Source of the DNA: Oopsacas minuta
Taxonomy: Eukaryota; Animalia; Porifera
Direction: 5' to 3'
Length of the DNA: 50,614 bases
NCBI GenBank assembly: GCA_024704765.1
Contig: JAKMXF010000049.1
Coordinates: 40,387-91,000, forward strand
Part shown: positions 35,488 through 47,369 of the stretch, piece after piece
Layout: each line of letters begins with the position of its first letter
Numbering within the stretch: position 1 is the first letter of the stretch
Notes under the pieces: model-generated
What the model was told of the DNA's origin: nothing
The model's input: only the letters and a program-made list of their open reading frames with translations
Database searches by the model: none
Translations under genes and position numbers: made by a program

Positions 35488-36349
35488 TAGGATACTTAGT
35501 AATACATAACACAAATTATCGGCTGATAAGGAGTAACATAGGCGCCCGAACGGTGCCTATTAAGGACGCTTCGTATCCGCAACCGCGTAGCGCAAGGAAA
35601 AGTAGCTTACTTTTATATGTTGTATTTTTCAACTATACAAGTAGTAATGTATGGATTGCACAATCTGTGACCAAAGAATTTATTCATACATTTGGAAAAT
35701 ATAAATAAAATCATTTCGCGGATTAATCCTGATACATATTTGAAGCATGTTTTTCTATGGAAATCTTTCTTATATTTCCCCGATCGGAATGATATTATAA
35801 CAGATATTTTGTTCATTAACTTATAATCATGTGACACTTCGGTGTTACATGATTATAAGTTAATTCGTAATCTTGCTTAGGTTATGGTTAAATGAACTTC
35901 ATACTGCCCTATCTATAGAAGTCTTCTAAAGATAGGGTGGTATGAAGGATATCCCTACCGTTATACCCCTACCAAATCCTCCTACAAAATGGGGACATGA
36001 GAATACTTTCCAGTAGGATATCCAATTCAAGCTTTAAGTGTTACGTGAAGTTTGAACCACCCCTTTAGTGCCAGGAAATTAACCCTTTTAGGTTTCTATT
36101 CGATAACAAGTCAGATGAATCAAGTAAAGTCATAAATAAACTATATTGAATCTCGAATATGTCTACAAAATAATGGAATAAAATTATGATAAATTAATAT
36201 AATACGTCTAAAGAATATGAGAGTAGGAAGAGAAAGATCAAGAGAGGTGCAGCTACCGCATCATGACCACTGTTCTTCTTCCATGGTAGTTGCACCTCAA
36301 TGGAAAGGATAGAGGAGAGGAGTGGGGTGGAGTGAGGAGAGAAATGAGA

Positions 36350-36468
36350 TGTGACGCATCTCCAACTCTCCTCTGTACTCCAAATAAATATCCACTCTCA
36401 AACAGCTTATTTCCTCCTCTTTGTGACTTGATCAGCCTAAACGTCGGCTGATCAAAGGGTTCCGCCAT
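36350..36468 (-). pseudogene. FLYWCH/MULE N-terminal fragment
   Basis: MAEPFDQPTFRLIKSQRGGNKLFESGYLFGVQRRVGDASH resembles the start of a FLYWCH domain. It sits beside a 51-bp hairpin that is also found beside the MULE at 1686-1736. Confidence 0.55.
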
Positions 36469-38555
36469 AAGGATTGTCAATTCCAAAAATAATTAGGATT
36501 ATCTATGCAATTGAAAGACTTGTCTGTAATCAGAAATAATTATTAGAAAAATGGATTAATTATGTGTACTTAGATTAAATTAATTACTTAATTAATATCA
36601 TATCAAATTGAGCAATCAAATAAGGTGTGAATTGTCGTTATCCTGTAAAGGGTCGTATCACTCATATGGCATACAACAAAGAGGTATACGATAGTTTTAT
36701 AGACCGTGCGTTCGTTTGACCGTATCCCTATTCTTTGACCCCTGAAATAATTTTAAATGTGTGTACCATCCTAATTAGCATGGAGTATACTAAAAATTTT
36801 AATCCTTACACATATTTGCAGTAATGTAACTAAATAGGATTATCTAGAAAATTAACAAACTATTGTTTTCTGTACACAAATATATACATTTAATAAATAA
36901 TGTTTTTAGAATATAATATTTAATATAAATTGGGTGGTCATAGGTTGGGGCTTTAAGAGGCTGCCACAACTAGACACATTAAAATCCATCCTGTAATGTA
37001 CTGAATTTTATTCATAACGCATATAAATTGACGAAAACATGTACAAAACTACAATTTCTACTCCACTAAAGTTAATACAAAAAATGTGTCAACTCAGATG
37101 GTATTAATTAGTGGATCTGGAAGTTATAGTACTTGTAAGTATATTAAATGAATTTTAAATTCTCAGGTTACAATAGATAAGTCATCTCATATAATATCGT
37201 TAGAGTAGAATTATGCATTAAGCTTTGCACATTAATTTTCTCATTATGCGGCCAATTCCCGTTATATCAACACGGATACTAGGACTTAACTAGCATTGAG
37301 GCAGAGGAGGCAACTGCCTCCATACCACCCCCTTCCTTGAAGCGTTACGTAACGTTTGAACGGTTTGTATCGAAATCTGGAATTATACAAATATGGTCTC
37401 AAACCGTCACAGTGACATACAATTCATGAGGTCTATGTGATTGTCGAACTTTTCCAATAACATATATCCCAACCTATTACACTCCATATGTTGATCATCA
37501 CACCGTTTTTACTGTTTATTTATATATAGACATAAGTAATGATAATAGTTTCTATGAAAATATGACCCTAACATAACATTGAGTCAGCAGGGATGGATCT
37601 AGGTTCAAACGTCATGTTGTTTTATCTTCTATGTAATTTTATGGTACTCCTGAAGTTCACTGGTGGGGCTAATCAAATGACAAGTTTTGCATTCTCAATT
37701 TATGTGGAATTTTACAGCTGTAAAAGTCAAGAAATGTAATGACGTACAACACGTATCATCGTGGCCTTCGTTATATAAGGCCAATTAGCAACTTGAAGAT
37801 TTTGGGTCAGTGATAAGTCCGAAGTCCATTATAATTATACAGGCAATTATATTACAGTTGAAATCGGGTTATTTTGTCGATTTGATTGCACTGCCAAACG
37901 ACAAAATAACTCAATAGACAAAATAATCCATTATACTGAATACTGATAGACAGGATCATTTGTTTGAATTGAGTCCCGAATTAATGTATTATTTGTTGAT
38001 ACTGAATTTGCAAATAATTCCAGATGGCCAGATCAAAACGTTATCTGTATATTTACTTTTATTTAGCATATATGTCTGAAAAAGCTCTAATTTTGAAACT
38101 CAGTAGAGAGTATTTTATAGATATACTCATACTAATTTTATACCATTAAATCTGTATTGGATGTTTTCAAATATCAATAAATAAGTTGTAGGAAAATTTT
38201 GCACGTTATGCATTATTTATAGTAAGCATAACTGCTCAAAGAGGTGAGGCTAAGCCCCATAAAATGTGATAAAGCTATTGCACTGACAGCCCCCACCTAC
38301 GCCTACTCCCTGCTCCTCGCTCTGTTGGAGTGGGGATTTACCTTGGATTAGTGGCCTTTACCTGCTTAGATGTTTTTCTAGCTCATTTCGAGGCTAGTAT
38401 CCAAATATCCTCTGTACACAATATCCTACTTTCGGCTAGGTGGTATATATAATTGTATCCAACAAAATTTGACGTTACTTGCTGTTCTTCTATTCAACAA
38501 GGCTAATTATATACAAAGCTTACTTTAGATCTTTCACAATATTAGAAATCGAGTT

Positions 38556-41500
38556 ATGGCTAGAAGGTTGGAACGGCCTCCTGACCTAGAACTTTTGCCA
38601 GTAAATCGGAGTGAATTAAAACGTACTCTATCAAGTTTGAATCTTGGAGACGAAAAAACAGAATTCATCCTGGAACACGGCGAAAAGTTTATTGATAAAC
38701 CCGAACTATTATCAGTAAGGTTGGAGATTACACTTGATACGGCAGAAGAAATAACGGAAGCTCTAAAGATATCCAGGCAAGTAAACACTAGTGGATTAAC
38801 CAAAGAGATGGCTAATGAAATTGATAGATGTTCGAAAATGAATGTTGTTAAAAGCCCATTAGATATTGCATTACTTCTCGATCTTGATGAGGGTATCGTC
38901 ACTGCTTACCTAAACTCTAAGAGCCTAAACGATCGACAAAAAAGAGCTATCAATGAAAAATATAGAAAGGGTTATTCCATTCGTGACATCGTAGATCAAT
39001 TGAAATTACCACACAGAAAAGTTTTGGAATATGTGGAAGGTACCTATTTAGAATTCACTGGAAGAGAAGGTCGAAAGGTTTTGGAATTAATACTTAAAAA
39101 TTCCCAAGAGGTCACAGTTGAAAGAATAAGAGAGAAGATAATATGTAAAGATCTGAAACTGCAAGATCAGTTAATGTGTGTTTTGAAGCAGAAGAATGAA
39201 AGTGAATATACACAGATAATTACATACTTACACAAGTTTAGTGAATCGAGAAACTTTAGCAATGTTGATACACATTTATCCTTGGATGATATATTTTTCA
39301 TCAATCAAAGTGTTCTAAGTATCAATTTACTCAGCATACAATTGAATAAAGTGGAGACAGTCATAAGAAACTTTGTACAGCGATATGCTCCACTTGAAAT
39401 TGAGGAGAATGGATATAAAAATTTGCAATTGGTTAAAGTTGCAGAAATTGCACATAATTTTGGCACAGACACAAAAACATTTCACACGTATAGAATGATT
39501 GTTACAGATTCGATTGAATCCATGATACAATCAGCAAAATCCATCAAAAGCCAGAATATTATTCACAAACCTAAAGAAATTTTTAAAAAACTTTTACCTT
39601 TGACATTTTACTACCTAAAGTGCAGCCTACCTTTCGAAGATATTACTAGGATAATTGCTGAAACTTGCCAAATCACATTCACTACTCATGATGTATTCCA
39701 TATAATTTTCCAACTTTCTGATCCAGTTTTGAGAGGCTTTTGCGTTGAACATTATTCATTCAGTAATCCCGTCCCTCTGTATTACCCAAAACTCGACGCC
39801 TCGATTAACAAACAACGAACAGAATGCAAGTTTGAAATATGCAGTGAATTATGGTACTCAATTCAAGAGTACGATGGTTTGATTTCATTCGGTTTAGGCC
39901 GAGCTGGTTGGGATCCTTTTGGGAAGTCACATTTATTAGATATGATCTTTGAAACAGATTTCGCCAAAGGAAATCCTCGAAACAGCGCATTCCATAAGAA
40001 TTCCATAGATATTCAAATGACAAATAATCTATTTGCGGCTGTAGGGGACAGTTCTTCATACGAGTCTACCAAATGGGCCTATATTGATTGTAACGGATAT
40101 GCAGACATGCGTGTTGTACATGCTATTTGTGAACATCTGGAAATTGCAATAATTCATGTAAGCCATTTTGATTTTACACGATATAGACCACAAATCATGA
40201 TGGATATAAACAAATTTAAATATGTTAAACATTTATACATATTTGTTAGAGATTGTGAAAAATATGAGGTACAAGTTGATGAGAAAAAATCCTGTATTTT
40301 CATTCCAAATTTAGTTCAAAATGATAAAACTCTCTTCTACTCTTCTTTGAAAAAGATTGGCTATGAAATATTACACTTGAAACCTAAAAAGAAGATTGGA
40401 AGGGAAATGATAGAGTCTTTAATAGGGAAGTTCAAAGCTCCTAGCTTGAAAGAAATACAATCAGACTACGAGCACATTCAGACAATGATGAGTAATATCA
40501 TGCAGAATAAGAAATCTGAAACTCTAGATTTTTCCTTCTTAAACTACTACCCATTATTTATAGTGTACATGGAATTATACTATCTAGCATCAAATGAAAC
40601 GAAGCGCGAAATGATTATTAAGCATGATAAAAATCGTGTCATTTTCAAAGAACACTTGGATAAGATGGAAATAGGCAACATTGTTCATTGTTTTAACGAA
40701 ATATTGGAAAGAAAGAATTCTATACTGATATTATGGAAATTATCACGAGAACTCTCCGTGCTCACTAACAAGATTACTCGCAGTAATGAGGGACGAAAAG
40801 TTGTTAAGCTTAAAAACGACAAATACAACCTTGAAATTCTGTGGAGAGAGGCTCTACTGTCTAGTAAATTTGGTAAGGACTGTCAAATTCGAAAGAACTT
40901 TGGAGAAAAATTTTCACTAAATTTCAGCAATTACGTGGAGAGAGGTGAGGTATTTGAGTTAATTGACGGTGACAATCTAAGATATTTTAATCAAGATATC
41001 AATGCTCTACTAGCAAACTTATACAGGAAACAGATTAAAACTCTGAAAAATACTCCTAAGAACAAAATTGAAATGAGACAGGCTCCAATTGTAGTCAGCA
41101 TATTTGGGCCGCAAAGCTCTGGAAAATCTACTTTATTGAATTATTGCTTTGGTTGTAAGTTTCTAACAAGTGCAGGCAGATGCACAAGAGGGATATACGC
41201 TTCTCTCTCTCAACTGAGTCAACCTGTCAACTGTACGGAACAGTTCCTAATTCTCGATACAGAAGGATTGGATGCGAGTGAAAAGAGAGATTCTCTAAAA
41301 CACTTCGACAGAACAATGGTATTATTCTGCCTCGCTGTTTCTCAAGTTGTAATCATAAACTTGAAAACAGATATAGGCGAAGTGATGCAAAATCTCTTAC
41401 AAATATGCGCGTATTCTCTTCACAAACTCAAAGTAAGCAAGGTAGTAGCCCCTAAAGTATTCTTTGTTCTCAATCAACAAGCGGATCCTGATCCTGAAAA

Positions 41501-44500
41501 ACATCTCGGAGCAATTAACATTCTATTAGAAAAACTCAACACAGAATCAGACTTAATGATGACAGAAGGAATAAAGATTTCAGATTTAATACAAGTTTCA
41601 AGGAAAAACTTATTCATTTTGCCTTCAGCTTTTAACTCGCAACAAATAAACAGGCCAGCTGCAAATCTGTTTGATTCAGAAGTAATCAAACACTCGCCAA
41701 CTCAAACATTTGCAAAGGCATGTGAAAAATTACGACTTTCTATAATCAACCAATTGATTAGTATGCCACAAGATGAAAGAGCACCCTTCAAAACGATGAG
41801 TGAGTGGGTGGAGATGTCTGGAGTTATCTGGGAAATAATTGTTAAATATCAGGACATAGTAAAGCATAAAAATGTTGAAGAAATGATGTGTCACAACAGA
41901 TTGGGCATGATAGTAACCGATCTAATTAAGAAACACATATCTGATCATCATAACGAATTTGATAAGAGCGCAGACCAAATCATTACAGACATTAAAAATA
42001 TTGATAAACCATTCCATAAAACGTTTGTTCTAGATGAGAAGATGGAAATATTCGACGACTTGTATTGTGAGCACCAGGAGGAGTGTTACAATGAATATAG
42101 AAAAATATGTCAATCTGACGCTTTACTGTGTAACATGTATCATATTTGTGAAGAAGTTAAATCAAATCTCTCACGATTACTGTACATAGAGAGAAAATAT
42201 TATCAAGATAAAATTCAATTCCAGATCAAAGCCTGTTGGGCTGAACTCAATCGCTCCCACCTCATGGGTAATTTTCAAATCGCGATAAATGAAAATCTAG
42301 ATGATAATTTAGAACTTAATGAAAAGGAACAGCAAAAAGCATTTGAAGAAACTTGGTTAAGATGCTTCGGAGATGAAGACTTGAAAGAAGAAAGGACCGA
42401 GCGAGACGAAGATTTTGATAATCTGTATTCTATATTTAAGATGGAGTCAAAGATGATGGAAAACAAACAAACAATTTTTAAGCTTTTAAGTAGTTCGAAT
42501 TTTGAGATGGATAAAGTGATACAGTCCCTTCGAATGGAGATGCTAATGAATTTCGAAAATTATGTAGAATCGTTCTCTGCAGAAGAAAATTATTTCTTTC
42601 CATGGAAAGAAAACATTCTACCAATGAAAGATATGGTCCCTTTTACTGGAAGAGATTACTGTGAATATCTAAAAGAAGATTCACTTTACACATCAGCCAA
42701 AAAGAACCTTTTTGGCACTCAAACAATACTAACTATCAATCATTGGATTCCTAAGGAATGCCATGATCTTATTCAGTGTTGTTCAGGTTATTCTAATCAT
42801 GCAGACATAACCTGGAAAACGGAAGAAAGGAAACAAATACTTTTGTTAGCTTCTGTCTTGAAAGATCCAGATAATCCTAGAGTTAGCACTTGGTCAAAGT
42901 TACTTCACAATATATCTTCAACCGTTGAGAGTCTACTTAAGCGAGATCCACATATCCCTAAAGGTACTGTTAGGGAATTAATGAATTATTTGAGTACTAC
43001 CTTCAAACATGTCAATTATGAAATTAATTACATACAAGCAAAGTTGACTAACAAGGCAGAGATGACAATAACTACTTTTGTCTTTGCATACGCCTTCAAA
43101 CATTTGTGGGAAACGAAGATGAAGAGAAGGAACCAGTACAATTTGGAAAAAGAACGAGAAAAATCAAAACTTCTTGATTATTTCTTTCAAAAAGTCAAAA
43201 GCAGAACACTGGCTAGAGGAAATTGGGATAGAAAGGAAATGAGGAAGATTGATCAAAGGATTGCTAACAAATTTTCTTTAGACTTCTTAGAAAGGGTTAA
43301 GCGAGGAGTGATGACTGATGGAAAACAATTTATTGAAAATAAACTAATGCAACGAAAGGACGACTTATCACACAAGGCTCTATTTCTGTTAATTGACGAA
43401 TTAATAACAAAAGAACTCAATTTAAATCCTGGAGTGGAAGTTTTGAATCAGAATAACATCGTTATTCAGTTTACTTGTAATCGCAATGAGTTAATCAAGA
43501 AAATATTTCATTCTCGATGGGATGAGATTTTGGCACAAGTATATGATGAATTGGTTGACTATATGAAAAGTACTTTCTTAGAGCAATTAAAATTGATTAA
43601 AGCTGCGATTGCAAACTTCTTGGAGAATATTTTATCAATCAATTCTGAAGGAATAGCATTCGATTCAGACACCAACTTTGAGTTAGCCGATAGAGAAACT
43701 TATGAGGAGCATATTTCTGAGCCCAAACTAAGAGAGAGTCCATTGAAAGCCAATGCGCTTTATCTTGAGATGTATTTCAATCCGAATGTGACTCCGGAAG
43801 AATTCAAAACTTTCTTCCAAGATACTTTCGAAGTGAATGGTATCAAAATGTTGAAGAGACAAAGATATTGGAGTTTATGCGATAAGCCAGAGGATCTAAA
43901 CATCAGACTAGATAAATACACTTTCAAGAAATTACAATATACCAAAATGTTCAACTCAGAAAACATTTATAATGCCTACAGCTACATGAGAGAATTTCTA
44001 TCTACTTTAAACTGCTACGAATACGAGATGACTATGAATGAATTTCGAAAGATAGTGAGATACTTAGAAGATGAGTATGAGGCACTGATCGTTAGTTGTC
44101 CAGCTAAATGCCCCAGCTGTGGAAAACTTTGTGAGAGGGAACTTCACATGCACGGTGAGAAATGTCAGATAAAAACAGGTCATCAAATTTGTTCAATGGG
44201 TGGGAAGGTTTGGAGAATTGATGAAGATAAAACTGCAGTATTAATTACTTGCGATGATTACCGAGAATCTACTGAAGTTAAGATACCAGGTAAGAATATG
44301 AAATGGAGTGTTTTCAAAGAGCAAACTGGAAATGAATGGGATTGGACTAAAGTTCAATCAGATGAAGACTACAGAACCCTACAAGAAAATAACCGTGAAA
44401 AAATGATGAGGATTTGGAACAAATTTGGGAGAGGAATATTAAATTATCACGCAAAAACGGGAACCAAAATTACCTACATTCCATATGTATCTTTTGAAAA

Positions 44501-45176
44501 AGTATTGAAAACAGTTGGAATATTCGATTTTCGTATTTGTTTCGTTATTGATGGAACTGGATCAATGGCCAATGATATTGATAGGGCCAGAATCTCGGTT
44601 GGACAATTAATTAGTAAATATAAAAAAGGTCATAAATCTGTGTTTGCGATAGTGATTTATCGTGATCATTGTGATGGTGAAGATCTAATAGAGATGTTCC
44701 CAGTCGATTCTAGATTTACGATAAACCACCAGAGTGTACAAAATTTTCTTGAAGGCGTAAAGGTATTTGGTGGAGGAGATGGTCCAGAGGCAGTGTTGGA
44801 TGGACTAGCTATGGCAATCAACAAATTTACCCACTCAGATAACATATGGCTCAGAAATATGATCATTCACATCTTCGACTCTCCCCCACATGGGGATTTC
44901 CCCAATTATAAATCACATAGCGCTGGCAGTGATAAACAAAACTGTTGTTGCTGTAACAAAGGTGGGTTGTGTGAATTTGAATGGGAAAGCGATGTCTGGG
45001 ATACTATACGAGAGTTGAAAATTGAGTATAATGGGATAAATACAGGAAGTGAATTCCCTGAGTTCACAGAAACAATGAAAGAACATTTAGAAGAAAATTT
45101 CGGATCTATACAGACGGTGGAGAAACACATGGTTAACGATGCCGTTTACCAGATCTTCATTGACTACGAAGCTTGA
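38556..45176 (+). CDS. Very large inducible GTPase (VLIG/GVIN/URGCP)-like protein with a C-terminal vWA domain, 2206 aa, intronless
   Basis: G1 SIFGPQSSGKSTLLNYCFG, G2 SAGRCTRG, G3 LILDTEGL, FDRTMVLFCLA and FFVLNQ. An upstream degenerate P-loop-like segment LISFGLGRAG..GKSHLLDMIF. Cys/His cluster CPAKCPSCGKLC..H..C..GH. vWA: CFVIDGTGSM, YRDHCD, GGGDGPEAVLDGL, IFDSPPHG. Confidence 0.9.
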   Translation: MARRLERPPDLELLPVNRSELKRTLSSLNLGDEKTEFILEHGEKFIDKPELLSVRLEITLDTAEEITEALKISRQVNTSGLTKEMANEIDRCSKMNVVKSPLDIALLLDLDEGIVTAYLNSKSLNDRQKRAINEKYRKGYSIRDIVDQLKLPHRKVLEYVEGTYLEFTGREGRKVLELILKNSQEVTVERIREKIICKDLKLQDQLMCVLKQKNESEYTQIITYLHKFSESRNFSNVDTHLSLDDIFFINQSVLSINLLSIQLNKVETVIRNFVQRYAPLEIEENGYKNLQLVKVAEIAHNFGTDTKTFHTYRMIVTDSIESMIQSAKSIKSQNIIHKPKEIFKKLLPLTFYYLKCSLPFEDITRIIAETCQITFTTHDVFHIIFQLSDPVLRGFCVEHYSFSNPVPLYYPKLDASINKQRTECKFEICSELWYSIQEYDGLISFGLGRAGWDPFGKSHLLDMIFETDFAKGNPRNSAFHKNSIDIQMTNNLFAAVGDSSSYESTKWAYIDCNGYADMRVVHAICEHLEIAIIHVSHFDFTRYRPQIMMDINKFKYVKHLYIFVRDCEKYEVQVDEKKSCIFIPNLVQNDKTLFYSSLKKIGYEILHLKPKKKIGREMIESLIGKFKAPSLKEIQSDYEHIQTMMSNIMQNKKSETLDFSFLNYYPLFIVYMELYYLASNETKREMIIKHDKNRVIFKEHLDKMEIGNIVHCFNEILERKNSILILWKLSRELSVLTNKITRSNEGRKVVKLKNDKYNLEILWREALLSSKFGKDCQIRKNFGEKFSLNFSNYVERGEVFELIDGDNLRYFNQDINALLANLYRKQIKTLKNTPKNKIEMRQAPIVVSIFGPQSSGKSTLLNYCFGCKFLTSAGRCTRGIYASLSQLSQPVNCTEQFLILDTEGLDASEKRDSLKHFDRTMVLFCLAVSQVVIINLKTDIGEVMQNLLQICAYSLHKLKVSKVVAPKVFFVLNQQADPDPEKHLGAINILLEKLNTESDLMMTEGIKISDLIQVSRKNLFILPSAFNSQQINRPAANLFDSEVIKHSPTQTFAKACEKLRLSIINQLISMPQDERAPFKTMSEWVEMSGVIWEIIVKYQDIVKHKNVEEMMCHNRLGMIVTDLIKKHISDHHNEFDKSADQIITDIKNIDKPFHKTFVLDEKMEIFDDLYCEHQEECYNEYRKICQSDALLCNMYHICEEVKSNLSRLLYIERKYYQDKIQFQIKACWAELNRSHLMGNFQIAINENLDDNLELNEKEQQKAFEETWLRCFGDEDLKEERTERDEDFDNLYSIFKMESKMMENKQTIFKLLSSSNFEMDKVIQSLRMEMLMNFENYVESFSAEENYFFPWKENILPMKDMVPFTGRDYCEYLKEDSLYTSAKKNLFGTQTILTINHWIPKECHDLIQCCSGYSNHADITWKTEERKQILLLASVLKDPDNPRVSTWSKLLHNISSTVESLLKRDPHIPKGTVRELMNYLSTTFKHVNYEINYIQAKLTNKAEMTITTFVFAYAFKHLWETKMKRRNQYNLEKEREKSKLLDYFFQKVKSRTLARGNWDRKEMRKIDQRIANKFSLDFLERVKRGVMTDGKQFIENKLMQRKDDLSHKALFLLIDELITKELNLNPGVEVLNQNNIVIQFTCNRNELIKKIFHSRWDEILAQVYDELVDYMKSTFLEQLKLIKAAIANFLENILSINSEGIAFDSDTNFELADRETYEEHISEPKLRESPLKANALYLEMYFNPNVTPEEFKTFFQDTFEVNGIKMLKRQRYWSLCDKPEDLNIRLDKYTFKKLQYTKMFNSENIYNAYSYMREFLSTLNCYEYEMTMNEFRKIVRYLEDEYEALIVSCPAKCPSCGKLCERELHMHGEKCQIKTGHQICSMGGKVWRIDEDKTAVLITCDDYRESTEVKIPGKNMKWSVFKEQTGNEWDWTKVQSDEDYRTLQENNREKMMRIWNKFGRGILNYHAKTGTKITYIPYVSFEKVLKTVGIFDFRICFVIDGTGSMANDIDRARISVGQLISKYKKGHKSVFAIVIYRDHCDGEDLIEMFPVDSRFTINHQSVQNFLEGVKVFGGGDGPEAVLDGLAMAINKFTHSDNIWLRNMIIHIFDSPPHGDFPNYKSHSAGSDKQNCCCCNKGGLCEFEWESDVWDTIRELKIEYNGINTGSEFPEFTETMKEHLEENFGSIQTVEKHMVNDAVYQIFIDYEA

Positions 45177-45889
45177 ATTTTCCTATAATATACGAATTAC
45201 ATAAATTTTAGTCTGGTTTAGTTAGTCAACCCCCAGAATATGTTTTTGAGAATTACTATATTTATTCCCCTTTGTTATCTAGAAATATGTAAAATTAAAA
45301 CTCCCAACATACAAAATTTGTAATAGCCGGAAATTGTTGAGCGACTCTCCCACTTGACTCACTATGAAAGCTCTATAGTTGTTCATTACTAGAGGGGTAC
45401 TAAGTTCTTGTTACTGAGGCTCACTTCCACACTTGACCTACTTGAGTCAGAGACCCATTATTTTCTTTCATACATAATTCAATTTGTTCCTTCTTGCTCC
45501 CTTTGTCATTCTCATTCATCAACTTCCTCAATTTATTTAATTTTTTCCCCTGGGTGGGCAGCTTGCACACCCGGAAGCACGCTGTCTGCGCTACTGGGAT
45601 AGGGGGGATATAACCCCTACTTTTTGGCTCCTAATAGTGATTATGCTTATTTAAATATTTGAAGGATATTGTATACTTGCCAACTGTCCGGATTGTTCAG
45701 TTGTCCCGATTTTTCGGCCATACAGTTAGTTAGTTAGTGTTATGTCAGGTTAATGTGTGTTACATTGAATTGACCATAATTCCCTGATCTCAGTACATAG
45801 ACAAAATGTGTATAGGCAGTACACAATGTGACATGTATGTAGCTTGTACAGTCAAAATTCATAAGGGGAGCTCGAGGTCGGGACGGAGA

Positions 45890-46520
45890 ATATTATAACA
45901 TCACCTATGACCTACTTAACATTTGGTCATATTTGTCACAGAGAAGGCCATAAAACGAAGAGACCAGTTTGTAATTCCCGTTCTTGAGTAAATTATACTT
46001 TATACAGTAGAACCTCGTTAATACGTACACCAAGGGACCGTCGAGATTAGTACTCCTTATACGAAGTACGTATTAACCGGAGTAAAACAATTGAATATCC
46101 ATTGTACGGACTAAAATTGTGTTAAATTTTGTTCGTCTTAACCGGAAATTCGTATTAAATGTGTTCGTATTAACGAGGTTTCACTGTATAAGGTATTGTG
46201 ATATGGCGAATCCAACGGAACCATTGTTGTGGTTGGTTGATTTAGAATAAGTTGAATCCTTTAACCCACGAACATGCAAATGTATCAATAGAAATTAATT
46301 TATTCTGTTTGAAAATTTTATTATTTCTAATGTCATCATTAAATGGCGCCTAAACTCCTTAACCACAAAAATGGTTCCGTTGGATTCGCCAACCACAATA
46401 CCCTATATAAAGTAGAATTTACCCAAGAACAGGAATAACAAACTGGCCTCTTCGTTTCATGCCATTCTCTGTGACAAATATAGCCGTATATTAAGTAAGC
46501 CATGGTGTAGACTATAAAAT
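45890..46520. mobile_element. Palindromic foldback/MITE (arms ~45890-46234 and ~46360-46520) with a nested MITE
   Basis: catatttgtcacagagaag..aaacgaagagaccagtttgt..tacttta is mirrored at 46405-46490; tggcgaatccaacggaaccatt is mirrored at 46370-46391. Confidence 0.75.
46005..46186. mobile_element. 182-bp pogo/Tigger-like MITE
   Basis: TIRs cagtagaacctcgttaatacg / cgtattaacgaggtttcactg, with TA duplicated at 46003-46004 and 46187-46188. Confidence 0.9.
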
Positions 46521-47294
46521 AGCTATCCTGATTTCACCATAATTCCCACGGTTATTTATGCGGATATCCCAATTATAAGAGTCCCGATTAATCGGCTTCC
46601 ACCGTATAAAGTAAATAATCTTCTAAATAATCCAAGAACTTACTTTCAATGGTTATGATATGGTAATCGGGCATGCTGATTCCAAATGTGATATTTTGAA
46701 CAAAGCATTGTGAATATTTGTTTTTATGTGCATAAAGTAAACAATTTCTAAATAGTCTTAGGATTCAACGCAGAGATGCAGCGGTCCGCTTTTTCTCAAG
46801 TGCGGTCTGGATCGGTCCAAATTAGCGAGCTAACGGTGTGGGGCGGTACATCAGTCTGGACCGAGACAGGTCCATCCGCCTGGAACTATTCATATCCTCA
46901 ATAGGACAAATGATGCACATACACGTAAATTATACGAAGCTAGAATCTGATAAAAATGTGAAATCACCACCTGTGCCAATGAAATTTCATTAAATTATCT
47001 ATAGTGGCTTTTATAATCGATAATTTTCTACCAAATATTTTCGCTTAATATGAAGTCTCTTTATTATGAATAACATTATTTGTCCTGTGAAAGTTACGAT
47101 AAGTGACTCTGACTGCATAAAGTATAAAAGGTATATAATTAATCCTGAAATCGTAGGCTAATGGCTATCTATCTAGTATATAATATATGTTAGATTATTA
47201 ATAAATAAAAATATACTATAGATAGCCAACCATTTAATGCTGAGCCAATATACAAATGTTCCGATTTTTCGTACATGTGTTGAGGCTAATGTAT

Positions 47295-47369
47295 CAGGGT
47301 TGCCGTGGGAAAGGAATTTCAATTCCCATTCCCATCCTTATGGGAATTCCTATTCCCACGGCAACCCTG
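47295..47369. mobile_element. 75-bp hAT-like MITE
   Basis: Perfect 17-bp TIRs cagggttgccgtgggaa / ttcccacggcaaccctg. ctaatgt occurs on both flanks, an imperfect TSD. Confidence 0.8.
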
